The notes: generated by a model from the sequence alone, not told the origin. A stretch of 64,000 nt of DNA from Candidatus Kapaibacterium sp. (GCA_963664875.1 OY761611.1:96001-160000); one strand, 5' to 3'. Shown: positions 49,401 to 59,230, numbered from the stretch's first letter. Made by a program: numbers and translations.

Positions 49401-51430
49401 TCGAAGTTAGGTTTACACCGGAGTATGTTGGGAATTTAAGCACCGCTCTTGATATCAGAACTGATTATTTCGATCAGACACTAACTCTGCTTTTATCTGC
49501 AGAAGGAACTGCTCCAAATCTTATAACAGCGGATACCGTCAGATTTTCAAACTTGATATGTGGCAATTTGCAAACAGATTCTATAAAAATCAAAAATGAT
49601 GGCACAGGTGAGCTTATTATAAAAGGGATAAGTTTTTCAGATGATAGCTATTCTTCTGATTTACCTTTATTTTTTTCTATAGCAGCCGGAGATTCTGCAG
49701 AAATCCCTATTGAGTTTGAAGCACAAAGTACAGGTGAATTTACAACTCTAATGAGTATAGAGTCAAATCGTACTGTTCGCGATATAACAAACTCAGAAAT
49801 TACTATCATCGCTGTAAAAGATAGTCTTGGCTTTGCATTTGAGAAAAATGTACTCGAATTTTCCGGTTTGGATGAAAATCAATCCGATACAAAAGAACTC
49901 AAGATTACAAACACAGGAACTGTCCCAATTGAGTGGAAACTGCCTTTAAAAAGTGAAAATTTCGAGATTATTTCAATACTCCCTGCAATTACTCCGCCAG
50001 GCACATTTTCGGTCGCAACTGTAGAATTTAAGGGTGGTGTAAAAGAAAAAAGCCCATACGGTGAGATAATTACTTTAAAAGACGGATGTGAGCTTGAACA
50101 TAACTTAAGTCTGATAGCAGTAATTGGGATAAACGATGCAGAAATTGAAGTTGCTCAAGATATTGTTCTACCTGAGCTGTTTTGCAAAGACTCTACTTCT
50201 TATTCCATTACGCTAAAGAATGTAGGAACAACTCCTCTAACTATTTCGGAGGCGATAGCAATTGCAGATGGTGATGAATTTGAATTTTCAAAAGATTACA
50301 CCGGCAGCATTGTGTTGCCTAATGAAATCCTCGAATTAGAGCTGATATATAAATCTGCCGAAGCAGGAGTTTTTGAAGGGGAAGTATTACTTCGCACAAA
50401 TGCAGTTAATGTAAGTGGAGGAGAAGTAAATATAAATGTGAGTTTTAGTAAAGAAGTTCTCTCTTTAAAAGCAAGCAAAGACCTATTAACTCTTTCAGGC
50501 TTGATGCAGGATCAAATTGGGATAGTTACACTTAAACTTACCAATAATGGTACAAAGGATGTTACTAATTTGAGTTTTTCTGCCATGAACAGATTTGAGA
50601 TATTGAATATGCCGACTGAGTTAGGAGTTGGGGCATCAAAAGATGTGCTTGTAAGGTTTAATGGCGGAAAACTTGGCATAACCTACAATGAAGAATTGTA
50701 TGTTATTGATGATTGTGGCAATGCTTTGAGAATAAAACTAAGTGCTACGGTTGATAAAATGCCTAATGCAAAACTCGAGATAGGTTCTGTTTCTGCCTAT
50801 CCGGGACAAACTGTCAAAGTGCCTGTCAGCTTAGAATTGTTAGACCAGATTGAGCTCTCCGGTACAGAACTTGTATCTTTTACATTATCGTTTAATAAGT
50901 CTCTATTACTACCAACGGGAGATTATGTTTTCTCCATAGATACTACTTTGAAAAAGATAGTAATTGAAAACATTGCTTTGCAGAATTTATTGAGTGGAAT
51001 TGATATTGAATTTGGAGCTTACCTTGGAGATACCAATTTTACTCGGATTTATGTGTCAGATATTGAAGTAAAGGGTGGAGATAATATTTTGGTTTCTTCC
51101 GTAAACGGAGCATTTACGTTGCTCGGAGTTTGCACTGAGGGAGGCAATCGCTTTGTAATTGATACAGGAAAACTGCAACTATTCCAAAATTATCCAAATC
51201 CTGTATTAGAAAATACTACTATCTCCTTTTTTGCAATCGAGCAGGGTATGCACGAGGTTTCAATCTATAATGTCTATGGTGATAAACTTGAAATATTGTT
51301 TTTACAGTTTGTTAGCCCCGGTTATTATGAAGTAGTATTTGATGCAGACAGATATCCATCAGGCTCTTACATCTATGTGTTACAAACACCATCCACTACA
51401 ATAAAACGCAAGTTGCAGATTCTTAGATAG
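46457..51430 (+). CDS. Large T9SS-exported multidomain protein (VWA, WD40 propeller, Ig-like choice-of-anchor D/ASH repeats, cohesin-like domain, CTD)
   Basis: MIDAS DVSGS...GGT...TDG; GH..../W[DK] repeats; repeated (I/L)xNxGT.xL motifs; PGQTVKVPV; CTD LFQNYPNP...IYNVYG...SGSYIYVL. Confidence 0.85.
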   Translation: MLKYAVIIISLLIMPSLLTAASSAIFITDLSEYPIIHANIYFLDDDGKPIYDIQESDITINENGIPSDIIDFTCQSGSVGKAVSSILTVDVSGSMTREKTDNARNAITQWIDLLPDQELAAITSFNKHNYLLRDFTSDKSLLKKSLNFIDGNGGTDFDNAFFGVPAGIFNLTPNSKDRPVIILYTDGEGNADYQKIVTEAQKVNARIYAFVTGDEIPFFLSEISEKTGGKVFGTTLANSDVENAYKYIFQDSHDYKPCSISWVSTSCNAEKNIEIRVDSKGIVQNLLFSVDKSYLPHFAYPNSNTVDFGTVPIGNIANRKVRLEAVYDDFTIDTIISSNPSFGIDLEGLSYPLSIKQGIPVDLSIEYQSDNENYTLSTFEIVSDACQGNTFFAIAGGKTNPAADSLLKVIFPNGDEKLVAGSDTTIIWEGISSKDTVSIEYTTNGTDWKLVSQYADGLSYRWQVPYDISSTCRIRLKHTNTSLESGDNYIIDGHNRQVNKIVWGRNDFDTLFSASRDGTLKKWYYKYKKEFLILTGQINVSDITQNTGNLIASISSDERVKVYNTITSELLADYGQSSGIRSVDWSKDSRFISGGSNDGTILIWKLSDKVNAIASSKLHSASVIDIQWNPSSNLIASADEDGNIIVSDMKLQSGSYIISQIAVFPKYQYKINSLEWISDTKFAVAAQNEEVKIWDINQLSLPVSYLRNDISENIIDLDYNSTQKIIATAGTLNGVRIFDLSQLRSSYQPIFQYSGHSSQLSSVSVRFDGTTVASADNEGKIHIWKIGESTEEYKALQDDVSDKDFSIVAATVVAKDIDFGKTLLGFPSDSVLSKFVTNNYTFPISIDSISIEGSEKDRFELQKTFKNYRLLPKDSLILVIKSLNNQAGDIEADIVIYYNSLKSTAKIRANVIQSQIDIDNRYFFIGKANLDTLVSRRITCLKNLSGQKISIKSLELQKINDDRFEFNNITGNVISPADSLVVEVRFTPEYVGNLSTALDIRTDYFDQTLTLLLSAEGTAPNLITADTVRFSNLICGNLQTDSIKIKNDGTGELIIKGISFSDDSYSSDLPLFFSIAAGDSAEIPIEFEAQSTGEFTTLMSIESNRTVRDITNSEITIIAVKDSLGFAFEKNVLEFSGLDENQSDTKELKITNTGTVPIEWKLPLKSENFEIISILPAITPPGTFSVATVEFKGGVKEKSPYGEIITLKDGCELEHNLSLIAVIGINDAEIEVAQDIVLPELFCKDSTSYSITLKNVGTTPLTISEAIAIADGDEFEFSKDYTGSIVLPNEILELELIYKSAEAGVFEGEVLLRTNAVNVSGGEVNINVSFSKEVLSLKASKDLLTLSGLMQDQIGIVTLKLTNNGTKDVTNLSFSAMNRFEILNMPTELGVGASKDVLVRFNGGKLGITYNEELYVIDDCGNALRIKLSATVDKMPNAKLEIGSVSAYPGQTVKVPVSLELLDQIELSGTELVSFTLSFNKSLLLPTGDYVFSIDTTLKKIVIENIALQNLLSGIDIEFGAYLGDTNFTRIYVSDIEVKGGDNILVSSVNGAFTLLGVCTEGGNRFVIDTGKLQLFQNYPNPVLENTTISFFAIEQGMHEVSIYNVYGDKLEILFLQFVSPGYYEVVFDADRYPSGSYIYVLQTPSTTIKRKLQILR

Positions 51431-51585
51431 CAAGTACTTAGCCTTGTTATAATATCTATTGAAGTTATTATTAAATTGTCCTAATAAGCAATTTCAAAAC
51501 AAAAATGTTGACAATCTAACTGTATTGTTAAGCATATTTTTCGTAGTTTTGAAAATAGTTATTAAAATCAACTCCAAAAACTCTT

Positions 51586-52458
51586 ATGGGATTCAGTGTG
51601 GAATTTTCTGATATCATCTTCAAAAATCAAAAAAGAGAGCCTGCCGAATTCGCAGAAATAGCTCTTGAGCTCCGTAGAGATATAATAAAAAGTTTGACAT
51701 TAGCAAAATCAGGACATAGTGGTGGACCTTTGGGCGTCTCAGATATTATGTCCGTTTTATTTTTTGGCGGTGTCATGAATCATAATCCTCAAGCACCTGA
51801 TTGGGCTGAGAGAGACAGATTCGTTTTGAGTGCAGGGCACATGGCTCCTGTTTTATATTCAGCATTAGCCCGTTCCGGTTATTTTCCGGCAGAAGAGCTT
51901 GCTACATTAAGAAAATGGGGAAGTAGGCTTCAGGGTCATCCAGGTTTGGATAAAAAATTACCCGGAGTGGAAACTTCTTCCGGCTCTTTGGGGCAAGGTA
52001 TCTCTATAGCAGTCGGCATGGCAATGAGCGACAAACTTATTGACAAAAATGACAGAAATGTTTTCTGTATCACAGGAGACGGAGAAATTCAGGAAGGTAC
52101 TGTTTGGGAAGCTGCAATGTCAGCAAGTCACCACAAATTAGATAACCTATGCTGGATAGTTGATAATAACGATTGCCAGATAGACGGTAGATGTTCAGAT
52201 GTAATGAATATTTATCCTTTAGATACAAAATTTGCGTCTTTTGGTTTTGACGTCATAAACATAGACGGACACAACTACGAAGAAATAATCGCTGCTTTTG
52301 AAAAATTCAAAGCAAATAAAGGAAGTGGCAGACCTACAGTTGTGATTGCAAAAACGTTCATGGGTAAAGGTGTTTCTTTTATGCACGACCAATACGGTTG
52401 GCACGGAAATCCACCAAAACCTGAGCAAGCCGAACAAGCTCTTTCAGAGTTAGTATAA
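51586..52458 (+). CDS. Transketolase, N-terminal (TPP-binding) subunit
   Basis: SGHSGG, DRFVLSAGH, LQGHP, GSLGQG, GDGEIQEG, WHG. Confidence 0.93.
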   Translation: MGFSVEFSDIIFKNQKREPAEFAEIALELRRDIIKSLTLAKSGHSGGPLGVSDIMSVLFFGGVMNHNPQAPDWAERDRFVLSAGHMAPVLYSALARSGYFPAEELATLRKWGSRLQGHPGLDKKLPGVETSSGSLGQGISIAVGMAMSDKLIDKNDRNVFCITGDGEIQEGTVWEAAMSASHHKLDNLCWIVDNNDCQIDGRCSDVMNIYPLDTKFASFGFDVINIDGHNYEEIIAAFEKFKANKGSGRPTVVIAKTFMGKGVSFMHDQYGWHGNPPKPEQAEQALSELV

Positions 52459-52493
52459 TTCTATTTTGTAAAATTGATAACGATAAATATAAT

Positions 52494-53510
52494 ATGAAAA
52501 AATACGAACTTTTAGGCAATAAGCCTACTCGCCATGGTTTTGGTGAAGGATTAGTAGCTCTTGGCGAAAAGCATGATAACGTAGTTGTGCTTGGTGGTGA
52601 TATCACCGGCTCTGTAATGACTTCACTTTTCAAGGACAAGTTTCCTGAAAGATTTTTCTCTTTAGGCATTGCCGAACAGAACGCAACAACAGTTGCTGCC
52701 GGCATGGCATTGTCTGGAAAAATTCCTTTTTTCTCAAGCTATAGTGCATTTGCAGCATTTCGAAATGCCGACCAGTTGCGTGTTTCTGTATGCTACAACA
52801 ACGCAAATGTAAAAATTGGCGGTGGTCACTCAGGTATCACAGTTGGTCCTGATGGTGCAACTCACCAATCTTTGGAAGAAGTTGCATTGCTCAGAGCTTT
52901 GCCTAATATGACATTGGTTGTTCCTGCGGACTTTGAAGAAGCTAAAAAAGCAACAATAGCTGTAGGTGAGATGTTTGGTCCTGCATATATAAGATTTGGA
53001 AGACCAAATGTGCCGATGTTTACTGATGAAAATTCTGAATTTGTAATCGGTAAAGCTAATGTTTTGACTGAAGGTAATGATGTAGCTATCGTAGCTGCCG
53101 GTCTTATGGTTTGGGAAGCTCTTCTTGCTGCTGAGCAGTTGGAGAAAAACCATGGAATCAAAGCACGAGTAATCAATAATCACACTATCAAGCCTATCGA
53201 TATAGAAACTATTACAATAGCCGCAAGAGAATGTGGCGCAATTGTTACTGCAGAAGAACATCAGGTTTATGGTGGTCTTGGTGGTGCTGTCGCAGAAGTA
53301 GTTGTAAAAAATGCTCCTGTACCTATGGAATTTGTAGGTATGCCTGACATCTTTGGTGCAAGCGGTGAACCTGAAGAATTATTAGAAAAATTTGGTTTCA
53401 CCTGGAAAGCTATTTATGCATCTGCACTAAAAGCAATAGAAAGAAAAGAAAAATCGACTAACGACATTAGAAAAGTTACTGATATTCCAAAATATTTTGA
53501 AAATATGTAA
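52494..53510 (+). CDS. Transketolase, C-terminal subunit
   Basis: GIAEQN, GPDGATHQ, YIRFGR, TIKPID, EEH..GGLG. Confidence 0.93.
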   Translation: MKKYELLGNKPTRHGFGEGLVALGEKHDNVVVLGGDITGSVMTSLFKDKFPERFFSLGIAEQNATTVAAGMALSGKIPFFSSYSAFAAFRNADQLRVSVCYNNANVKIGGGHSGITVGPDGATHQSLEEVALLRALPNMTLVVPADFEEAKKATIAVGEMFGPAYIRFGRPNVPMFTDENSEFVIGKANVLTEGNDVAIVAAGLMVWEALLAAEQLEKNHGIKARVINNHTIKPIDIETITIAARECGAIVTAEEHQVYGGLGGAVAEVVVKNAPVPMEFVGMPDIFGASGEPEELLEKFGFTWKAIYASALKAIERKEKSTNDIRKVTDIPKYFENM

Positions 53511-53616
53511 AAAAATCAGTAATTTTTAGAAGGTTTGGCTGTCAGTTTAGCATCGCTGTTGTCGCAGTTTTGTTATTAGTGACAGCCTTTTGTTTATAAA
53601 ATTACGAGGATACACA

Positions 53617-55113
53617 ATGCGAAAAATGCTACTTTCTTTCGGATTAATATTATCTTTATTGATAGCCTGCTCTACAGAATCAACGATAGGTAGTGAGGTA
53701 GAGGTCAGAAAAATGACTATGCAGGGAGAGTATTATCCTGCTGACATTGATTCTTTGTCTAATCTGATAGATAGATTTGCCGATACTACAACTATGGGCA
53801 CTAACGGTATGCAGGGCTATTTCCTGCATTATATAAGCGTTCCTCATGGCAAAATGGATTTTACTTTCCAGAATGCTAAAGATGCCCTTAGATCTATCAC
53901 CGGATATGATTTTGAAACATTTATTTTTATTGCTGACTGCAACAAAGACGAAAATCTTAGTGATTTTAATATCTATGCCGGCTCAGGCTACGAATCTATG
54001 TATGGTACGATTCATACTGATACTGTACTTCAAAATATTCTTGGCAAAAAATTTCCGGATAATTTTAATACAGAGTTCCAAAACAATCAGAAATACAACA
54101 GATTCGAACCTTATGTGAATTTGATAGGCAAGTTAGTACCTCATAAAAAAATATTACCAATTATTGTCGGTAAAACTGATAATTACACTATTGCTAATCT
54201 TGCAAAAGAAATCAATCAAGCTATTATTGATACTAAAAAGAATGTATTGACTGTATTGGTTACTAATTTGTCAGAAGGCATCAAACACACTGAAGCTCGC
54301 GAAAAAGATGTGCCATTGATTCAGACCTTAGAAGAAGGAAACAGTTTTGATTTATTCCGTAGAAATCTTAAAGACTACGACAATGAATTGAAGGCTTACA
54401 GACTTGCTACTGCTTTGGCTAATTATGGCGGAGCTAATATCATGATGCCATATCTTTACAATACATCTTTTAACGTCTATGAACAAGCGGCAGAGTTTAA
54501 AAATGTGAAAGCGTATTTGTCTTCCATTTGCTACAGAGATCCGCAACTTGCTTATTATGCTTTTTCTCCTTTGAAATCTATGACTGATATGAATGAATTT
54601 GCAGACTCAGTCGAAGCCTCATTCAAATTAGGTCTAAAAGGACAGAATTTGAGTAATATTACTATTGTAACAAAAGCGTTTTTAAAATCTTATCCTGCTT
54701 ATTTTGCAGCATGGGATAATGGAGAACTTGTTGCATCCAACGGCAACTTAAGCGGTGGGTTGAATCTAATGTATAACGGAAAGAAAAGTGCTTACGATGC
54801 GGGACTAAACAATCCGAAAGCTAAAGAGCTTTTAGAAAAATATGACAAGTTGCATATCCAGATGCTTATTTGCAATTTTCCTGTTCTAATTACATCATTC
54901 CCAAAAGAAGGTAAGTTCAGCAAAGTAGGATTTGGTGTGAAGACAGATGACAAAGAGATAGCCATTATTCCGGGAATAGATTTTGATCCAAAATTGCCTG
55001 CAGTAGAAATAGAAAAGATATTATACAAAAAAGCAGGCATCAGCAAAGATGATAAGCATCTGCTTTATAGCTTTAGTATCTTTATTTTAGAGAAAAACTC
55101 TCCTAATGAATAG
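53617..55113 (+). CDS. Divergent MEMO1 + AMMECR1 (AmmeMemoRadiSam B/A) fusion lipoprotein
   Basis: Lipobox LIAC; VRKMTMQGEYYPAD, VPHG, ILPIIVG, VTNLSE (MEMO fold); NGELVASNG, IIPG, LYKKAG (AMMECR1 fold). Confidence 0.7.
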   Translation: MRKMLLSFGLILSLLIACSTESTIGSEVEVRKMTMQGEYYPADIDSLSNLIDRFADTTTMGTNGMQGYFLHYISVPHGKMDFTFQNAKDALRSITGYDFETFIFIADCNKDENLSDFNIYAGSGYESMYGTIHTDTVLQNILGKKFPDNFNTEFQNNQKYNRFEPYVNLIGKLVPHKKILPIIVGKTDNYTIANLAKEINQAIIDTKKNVLTVLVTNLSEGIKHTEAREKDVPLIQTLEEGNSFDLFRRNLKDYDNELKAYRLATALANYGGANIMMPYLYNTSFNVYEQAAEFKNVKAYLSSICYRDPQLAYYAFSPLKSMTDMNEFADSVEASFKLGLKGQNLSNITIVTKAFLKSYPAYFAAWDNGELVASNGNLSGGLNLMYNGKKSAYDAGLNNPKAKELLEKYDKLHIQMLICNFPVLITSFPKEGKFSKVGFGVKTDDKEIAIIPGIDFDPKLPAVEIEKILYKKAGISKDDKHLLYSFSIFILEKNSPNE

Positions 55114-56584
55114 GAAACATATAGTGATAGAAATAAAAATTATAGACAAGATACAAATAGAAGAAGATATACTTAAGCTCATCGGTGAAATTGCCGATGA
55201 GCTTAAAGTTGAAGTTTATGCTGTCGGTGGGTACGTACGCGATTACTATTTGGACAGAGAACGAACTGATATAGATTGTACGGTAGTCGGTGATGCAATA
55301 CAATTTGCCCGGGCAGTTGCGAGTAAAACCAACTCAAAAGCCGTGATTTACGAAAGATTTAGAACTGCTTTGGTACCTATTGGAAAGTTTCACTGCGAAT
55401 TTGTAGGGACTCGAAAAGAAGAGTATCTTCCTGACTCGAGAAAACCTATTGTAGCAGAAGGGACTTTGCTGGACGATTTAAAAAGAAGAGATTTTACATG
55501 CAATGCATTGGCTGTATGTATCAATTATTCAAGATTGGGTGAAGTAATCGATGCCTTTTCAGGTTTGGAAGACTTAAAAGCAGGACTGCTTAAAACTCCC
55601 TTGGAACCGGAAATAACTTACTCCGATGATCCTCTAAGGATGATGAGAGCAGCAAGGTTTGCTTCGCAGTTGAACTTTGAGATTGATAAAGCTTCGCTGG
55701 AAGCAATATCAAAAATGGCAGACAGGATAAAAATTATTTCACAGGAGAGGATAAGCGAAGAGTTCCTCAAAATAATGAAATCGCCGAAGCCATCAGTTGG
55801 TATTGACATATTATACAAAACCGGCTTATTGCAGTATGTATTCCCTGAGATTCATAACCTTGCCGGTGTTGACATAGTAGAAGGTAATGAAAAAGCTTAC
55901 GGACACAAAGATGTTTATCTTCATACTTTGAAAGTATTAGATAACATTGCTCCCTTTACAGATAACGTTTGGTTGAGACTTGCTACGCTTTTGCATGATG
56001 TGGCAAAACCTGCCACCAAAAAGTTTATCAAAGGAACCGGTTGGACTTTTCACGGGCATGAAGAGATTGGAGCAAGATGGATAAAAAAAATATTTAAAAG
56101 GATGAAATTGCCATTTGAATATATGCCGTACGTAGAAAAATTAGTCAGATTGCACCAACGTCCAATGGTTTTAGTAGATGACGGAGTTACCGACTCTGCT
56201 GTTCGTAGATTAGCTGTTGCCGCCGACGAAGCATTAGAAGATTTGTTTATGCTTTGCAGGGCAGATATAACAACTAAAAACGAGCATAAAGAAAAGAAAT
56301 ATTTACAAAACTACGAAGTAGTTTTCCAAAAAATACTTGAAGTGCAGGAAAAGGATAAACTGCGTGCTTTTCAGTCTCCTGTCAGGGGCGAGGAGATTAT
56401 GGAATATTGCAGCTTAGAACCTTCTCGTGCGGTTGGAATTATCAAACATAATATAGAAGAAGCTATACTCGAAGGTATAATTCCGAATGAATACGAAGAT
56501 GCTAAGAAATACTTTGTAGATAATGTTGATAGCTGGCTGGCAGAGATGCCACCCGAATATCTCAATAGATCAGTGAAAAAGTAA
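55106..56584 (+). CDS. cca: tRNA nucleotidyltransferase (CCA-adding / poly(A) polymerase family) with HD domain
   Basis: VGGYVRD, DID, RRDFTCNA, DDPLRMMRAARF, ERI, LLHDVAKP. Confidence 0.9.
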   Translation: MNRKHIVIEIKIIDKIQIEEDILKLIGEIADELKVEVYAVGGYVRDYYLDRERTDIDCTVVGDAIQFARAVASKTNSKAVIYERFRTALVPIGKFHCEFVGTRKEEYLPDSRKPIVAEGTLLDDLKRRDFTCNALAVCINYSRLGEVIDAFSGLEDLKAGLLKTPLEPEITYSDDPLRMMRAARFASQLNFEIDKASLEAISKMADRIKIISQERISEEFLKIMKSPKPSVGIDILYKTGLLQYVFPEIHNLAGVDIVEGNEKAYGHKDVYLHTLKVLDNIAPFTDNVWLRLATLLHDVAKPATKKFIKGTGWTFHGHEEIGARWIKKIFKRMKLPFEYMPYVEKLVRLHQRPMVLVDDGVTDSAVRRLAVAADEALEDLFMLCRADITTKNEHKEKKYLQNYEVVFQKILEVQEKDKLRAFQSPVRGEEIMEYCSLEPSRAVGIIKHNIEEAILEGIIPNEYEDAKKYFVDNVDSWLAEMPPEYLNRSVKK

Positions 56585-56593
56585 AAAAAGAGG

Positions 56594-56625
56594 ACTCTAA
56601 GTACTAAATACTTAGAGTTTTTTTT
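56594..56625 (+). terminator. Rho-independent terminator
   Basis: ACTCTAAGTA...TACTTAGAGT perfect stem followed by a T-run. Confidence 0.8.
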
Positions 56626-56776
56626 ATGAAAATTTATTATATTATCCTGAATATGCAATACGAAGATGCTTTTCAAATGTATTGTCCTAAATATTATATT
56701 TTATTAGTTAGCGACAGTTGTGCTGAAAAGAAACAGTATTGCTTTTGATTTTAAAGGATAACAGTAACCGGATAAG

Positions 56777-57694
56777 ATGAATTTTAATACAGAACAATTA
56801 ATAGCTCTTAGCAAAGCCGATGGTGGCAGTCTTGGAGTTAGTAGCTTAGAAGAGGCTTATGATTTCTGCAGGAAAATTGCCCTTGGGCATTACGAAAATT
56901 TCCCTGTGGGGAGTGTATTGATACCTAAACATCTAAGAAACTATTTTTACTCGATTTATGCTTTTTCACGGCTTGCCGATGATCTTGGGGACGAACTGTC
57001 GATGGTCTCCAAGCCTCTTGCTTTAGAATCTTTAGAGCAATTGAATTTATTGGTTTTGAATTACAAGGCTGAAGATACCGGCAAAAAAAATCCTATAATG
57101 TATGCACTAAAGCATACAATGTATAAGAAAGAAATCCCAACGGAACCATTTGAAAAGCTAATTAGAGCGTTTAAACAAGATGTATTGTTTATACCACCTA
57201 AAACTATGGCTGATAACTACGAGTATTGCAAGTATTCAGCAAATCCTGTTGGAGAACTTGTTCTGAGGTTATTTGACAATTACAATGAGAAGACAGCGAA
57301 ATATTCTGATTTAATTTGTACCGGACTGCAATTAGCCAATTTTTGGCAGGATATATCTGTGGACAGAAACAAGGGTAGAATCTATATTCCGTCTGTAATA
57401 ATGGATAAATATGGTATCAAGCCGGAAAAATTATATGAAGCAGAACAATCGCAGGTTGACTTGTTAATCTCTGAGCTTTGCGAACATACAGAGCAGCTTT
57501 TTTCTGAAGGCAAAAACCTGCTTCCTTTAGTTAAAAATTACAGATTAAGACTGGAATTGATGCTTATAATTGAAGGTGGAAAACGAATTCTTCAAAAATC
57601 ACAAAAATTAAAATCAAAATTGTTATCTTTACGTCCGAAACTTAGTAAAATCGATTTTCCGATTATACTTTTTGGGGCATTATTTAAGCATTAG
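56777..57694 (+). CDS. hpnC: Squalene synthase HpnC
   Basis: HYENFPVGS, YAFSRLADDLGDE, SANPVGELVL, LQLANFWQD, GRIYIP. Confidence 0.9.
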   Translation: MNFNTEQLIALSKADGGSLGVSSLEEAYDFCRKIALGHYENFPVGSVLIPKHLRNYFYSIYAFSRLADDLGDELSMVSKPLALESLEQLNLLVLNYKAEDTGKKNPIMYALKHTMYKKEIPTEPFEKLIRAFKQDVLFIPPKTMADNYEYCKYSANPVGELVLRLFDNYNEKTAKYSDLICTGLQLANFWQDISVDRNKGRIYIPSVIMDKYGIKPEKLYEAEQSQVDLLISELCEHTEQLFSEGKNLLPLVKNYRLRLELMLIIEGGKRILQKSQKLKSKLLSLRPKLSKIDFPIILFGALFKH

Positions 57695-57707
57695 GGCGAA
57701 GAAACAG

Positions 57708-58610
57708 ATGGAAATAGTTACGCAGTTGCATTTGGCATATCATGAAAATGTACCACCACCGATAATAGAAAAATCTAATTTTCTATATTCATTCTCTTTC
57801 TTACCAAAAGAAGAAAGAGTAGCTATGCACTCAATTTACGCCTTTTGCAGCTACATAGACAGCATAGTTGACGAATCCCCTAATACTGACCCGAAAATCG
57901 TAGAAAAAAAGCTTAGAAGGCTCGAATGGTGGGAAAAAGAGTTAGAACTTATATACTCAGGTAATCTGGATAGTAAATATCTTAAACCATTCGAATATAT
58001 TGTCAAACGATTTTCTATCCCTAAACAATATTTTATTACTTTAATAAAAGGATGCCGTACAGATTTGCTTCGCAACACTTATGACACTTTCGAAGATTTG
58101 AAAGAGTATTGCTATGGAGTGGCAAGTATTGTCGGTTTGATTAGTATTGAAATATTCGGTTATAAGTACGAAGAGACCAAAAATTATGCAATAAATTTGG
58201 GCTATGCACTTCAACTAACAAATATTATGAGAGACATAAAGGTGGATAAAGACAGGGGGTATTTCTATTTACCTCAGGAAGATTTAGATGCCTTTTCGTA
58301 CTCTAGAGATGATATAATCAATGAAGTTTATAACGAAAACTTCGTGGAGCTGATGAGGTATCAGGCGAAAAGAGCCAGGCAGTATTATCACAATGCACGC
58401 ACAATGCTTCGTCCGGATGAAAAACCAACGATAGTTGCCGCAGAGATAATGGATGCAATCTATTATAGATTGTTGGAAAAAATAGAGCTAAACGATTTTA
58501 ATATTTATAAGAAAAAAATCAGAGTATCAAACGCTCACAAACTTATGACTGCTCTTAAGCACTGGCTTTCTGTCGGTATATTCATCTCGAGAATAAAAAA
58601 ACATCCATAA
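57708..58610 (+). CDS. hpnD: Presqualene diphosphate synthase HpnD (phytoene/squalene synthase family)
   Basis: SNFLYSF, YAFC..IDSIVD, YCYGVASIVG, LQLTNIMRD, YLPQED; directly after hpnC. Confidence 0.85.
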   Translation: MEIVTQLHLAYHENVPPPIIEKSNFLYSFSFLPKEERVAMHSIYAFCSYIDSIVDESPNTDPKIVEKKLRRLEWWEKELELIYSGNLDSKYLKPFEYIVKRFSIPKQYFITLIKGCRTDLLRNTYDTFEDLKEYCYGVASIVGLISIEIFGYKYEETKNYAINLGYALQLTNIMRDIKVDKDRGYFYLPQEDLDAFSYSRDDIINEVYNENFVELMRYQAKRARQYYHNARTMLRPDEKPTIVAAEIMDAIYYRLLEKIELNDFNIYKKKIRVSNAHKLMTALKHWLSVGIFISRIKKHP

Positions 58611-58655
58611 AATACTTTTAGTTTTTTTCAGGTCTTTATTGCAGGATTTGCAGGT

Positions 58656-59147
58656 ATGGAAAACAAAATTGAACAAGAAATAGTGTTTAATGCTCAAGAG
58701 TTAGAACAATTAGAGAAAATAAAAGCCAAATATCCTGAAACACAGGCAGCAATAATGCCTACTCTTTGGATGGCACAAAAGAAATTTGGTTGGTTATCCA
58801 AAGATGTTATGAAATATGTTGCTGAGCTATTAAATTTGTCATTTGCTCACGTTTATGGTGTAGCTACATTTTACACAATGTACTTCAAAAAGCCTATGGG
58901 GAAATACCATGTGCAGGTTTGTACAAATGTTTCTTGTATGTTGCGAGGTGGAGATGAGATATTTGTACACCTTAAAAATAAATTTGGCATTGGACATAAC
59001 GAGCGAACTGACGACGGCATATTTTCTTTAGAAGAAGTTGAGTGCATGGGAGCATGTGGCGGAGCACCAATGATTGCTGTAAATGAAGATTTTCACGAAA
59101 ATATGACTATTGAGCAGGTCGAAAGCCTGATAAATACCCTAAAATAG
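58656..59147 (+). CDS. nuoE: NADH-quinone oxidoreductase subunit E (2Fe-2S)
   Basis: VATFYTMY, VCTNVSC, ECMGACGGAP. Confidence 0.92.
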   Translation: MENKIEQEIVFNAQELEQLEKIKAKYPETQAAIMPTLWMAQKKFGWLSKDVMKYVAELLNLSFAHVYGVATFYTMYFKKPMGKYHVQVCTNVSCMLRGGDEIFVHLKNKFGIGHNERTDDGIFSLEEVECMGACGGAPMIAVNEDFHENMTIEQVESLINTLK

Positions 59148-59230
59148 AAATTTTCCTGATTTTTTTCTGTAACTTTTTTCCTATTTAGGGTTTATATATA
59201 TAAAGACCTTACACAAATTTGAAAATAGAA

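Noticed and set aside
51586-53510. Transketolase in two ORFs as a possible broken gene
   Set aside because: Two-subunit transketolases are a normal, widespread form, and each gene has its own start and complete motifs.
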